A stretch of DNA of 63,386 bases, counting the filler, from Octopus bimaculoides (Eukaryota), in the NCBI RefSeq assembly GCF_001194135.2. It is 5 parts of 5 records of this genome, joined end to end, with 100 filler letters (N's around TTAATTAATTAA, not from the genome) between each part and the next. Parts side by side here need not be neighbours in the genome. Positions count along the whole stretch, not along the records: positions 60,165 to 63,386 come from NC_068994.1; 4 more parts are not named here. The stretch is one strand, 5' to 3'. The notes below the pieces were generated by a model that made no database searches, was not told where the DNA came from, and was given only the letters and a program-made list of their open reading frames with translations. Positions 61,167 to 63,386 of the stretch are shown here, in pieces (position 1 is the stretch's first letter; every line of letters begins with the position of its first letter). Made by a program: the position numbers and the translations under genes.

Positions 61167-62146
61167 NNNNNNNNNNNNNNNNNNNNNNNNNNNNNNNNNN
61201 NNNNNNNNNNNNNNNNNNNNNNNNNNNNNNNNNNNNNNNNNNNNNNNNNNNNNNNNNNNNNNNNNNNNNNNNNNNNNNNNNNNNNNNNNNNNNNNNNNNN
61301 NNNNNNNNNNNNNNNNNNNNNNNNNNNNNNNNNNNNNNNNNNNNNNNNNNNNNNNNNNNNNNNNNNNNNNNNNNNNNNNNNNNNNNNNNNNNNNNNNNNN
61401 NNNNNNNNNNNNNNNNNNNNNNNNNNNNNNNNNNNNNNNNNNNNNNNNNNNNNNNNNNNNNNNNNNNNNNNNNNNNNNNNNNNNNNNNNNNNNNNNNNNN
61501 NNNNNNNNNNNNNNNNNNNNNNNNNNNNNNNNNNNNNNNNNNNNNNNNNNNNNNNNNNNNNNNNNNNNNNNNNNNNNNNNNNNNNNNNNNNNNNNNNNNN
61601 NNNNNNNNNNNNNNNNNNNNNNNNNNNNNNNNNNNNNNNNNNNNNNNNNNNNNNNNNNNNNNNNNNNNNNNNNNNNNNNNNNNNNNNNNNNNNNNNNNNN
61701 NNNNNNNNNNNNNNNNNNNNNNNNNNNNNNNNNNNNNNNNNNNNNNNNNNNNNNNNNNNNNNNNNNNNNNNNNNNNNNNNNNNNNNNNNNNNNNNNNNNN
61801 NNNNNNNNNNNNNNNNNNNNNNNNNNNNNNNNNNNNNNNNNNNNNNNNNNNNNNNNNNNNNNNNNNNNNNNNNNNNNNNNNNNNNNNNNNNNNNNNNNNN
61901 NNNNNNNNNNNNNNNNNNNNNNNNNNNNNNNNNNNNNNNNNNNNNNNNNNNNNNNNNNNNNNNNNNNNNNNNNNNNNNNNNNNNNNNNNNNNNNNNNNNN
62001 NNNNNNNNNNNNNNNNNNNNNNNNNNNNNNNNNNNNNNNNNNNNNNNNNNNNNNNNNNNNNNNNNNNNNNNNNNNNNNNNNNNNNNNNNNNNNNNNNNNN
62101 NNNNNNNNNNNNNNNNNNNNNNNNNNNNNNNNNNNNNNNNNNNNNN

Positions 62147-62149
<3 letters not shown>

Positions 62150-62182
<33 letters not shown>

Positions 62183-62397
62183 TTGCGTGTCTGTTGTTGT
62201 CCCTCCCCTAACATCGCTTGACAACCGATGCTGGTGTGTTTACGTCCCCGTAACTTAGCGGTTCGGCATAATAGACCGATAGAATAAGTACTAGGCTTCC
62301 AAAGAATACGTCCTGGGGTCGGTTTGCTCGACTAAAGACGGTGCTCCAGCATGGCCACAGTCAAACGACTGAAACAAGTGAAAGAATAAAAGAGAGT
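62150..62397 (+). mobile_element. SINE family B 3' half
   Basis: GACAACCGATGCTGGTGTGTTTACGTCCCCGTAACTTAGCGGTTCGGC...GGTGCTCCAGCATGGCCACAGTC...GAAACAAGTGAAAGAATAAAAGA. Confidence 0.9.
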
Positions 62398-62411
62398 AAG
62401 TACGGGTGATC

Positions 62412-62578
62412 GGGTAAGTTGATTACATCGACCACAGTGCTCAGTTGGTACTTATTACATCGACCCCCGAAAGGACGAAAAGCACTGTAGAACCCGGCGA
62501 AGTTTGAACCCAGAACGTAGAAGACGGGCGAAACGCCGCTAAGCGTGTTAACGATTCTGTCAGTTGATCGCCTAATAG
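62412..62578 (-). mobile_element. SINE family A, diverged
   Basis: Reverse complement of the head (AGGCGATCAACTGACAGAATCGTT) and of CCTTTCGGGGGTCGATG. Confidence 0.75.
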
Positions 62579-63386
62579 AACGGATTATTAAACTATCATC
62601 CGATGTCTATAATCTATGAAGCGGGCTACAGCTGTAGATTATGGTTGATTAAACACCCTCCATTCACCTCTCACTCCTACGAATTCACGACTTCGCGTCC
62701 ATATTAGAAGTAAATTAATTCTGAGCTAAAGGCACGTAAAACAGTCGCGTGCCATATGCTTACCCTCACCCTAACCCGCAAACACACCTTTCCATCCTTC
62801 TTTTCACTCTCTTTCTCTCTCTCCCATACCTTCTGTTCTCTCTCTCTCTCTCTCTTTACCCTTCTTCGTCTCCGTGCAGTCTTCTATATTGTTGTTTTAT
62901 GTCTATATATAATACAAAGCCGAAAGCGCGTTCGCCCGTGCAGACGTTTTTCTTCTTCTTTCTCTTTCTTATCGTTATAATTTAACTCTGCTTTTGTTCT
63001 CCTATTGTTCTGTAAGGTTACAAACTCAGGTCATGGGAATATAGCTTTTTAATTCGTATCACTTATCTATCATCCATCTATATATCACACATATGCATTC
63101 ATTCAGGCATACATTACATACATAGTCATACATACATACATACATGCATACATATATACATGCATACAGACATACATACATATATGCATACATACATGGG
63201 TACATACATACGTACATTCATATATACTTGTTCCTGGCAACTAGCTGTTGCCATGCTGGAGCATCTACACACAAACACACACACACATATATATATGCGT
63301 GTGTGTGTGTATGTAGATACCTATCTATATATATATACACACACACACACACATATATACACGTACATACAAAGATACATATATAT

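Noticed and set aside
62690-62960. CpG-containing patch with minus-strand donor GAGG|GTAAGC (possible first exon or promoter)
   Set aside because: No acceptor, ORF or promoter element can be supported from sequence alone.
1-63386. CRISPR arrays, rRNA/tRNA genes, prokaryotic operons
   Set aside because: None seen. tRNA-like A/B boxes all belong to SINE heads, and the repeats are microsatellites or TE-derived.

Overview
AT-rich, microsatellite-dense animal genomic DNA from a gappy draft assembly. The SINE families, TTAGGG tracts and gaps beside dinucleotide repeats suggest an octopus/cephalopod; this is inference, not a database result. No intact protein-coding gene is visible. Almost all long ORFs in the track are microsatellite or N-gap artefacts. 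The window is essentially a transposon graveyard. It holds at least four tRNA-derived SINE families, several with 10-16 bp TSDs. It holds a same-strand cluster of degenerate Dong/R4 retrotransposons (YMDD RT, CCHC, restriction-like endonuclease) at 31.9-40.3 kb. It also holds an L1/Tx1-like LINE lacking its endonuclease, RTE and CR1/L2-like relics, hAT MITEs, and a GGATC-ended 8-bp-TSD MITE family carrying telomeric repeats. The most interesting signals are: (i) several minimal hammerhead-ribozyme-like motifs of the Penelope type; (ii) an insertion hotspot where a SINE and two hAT elements, one carrying a nested MITE, landed within about 25 bp of an RTE endonuclease relic; (iii) the Dong cluster; (iv) one orphan exon candidate at 11850-11967. 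I see no evidence for a wholly new multi-gene system.
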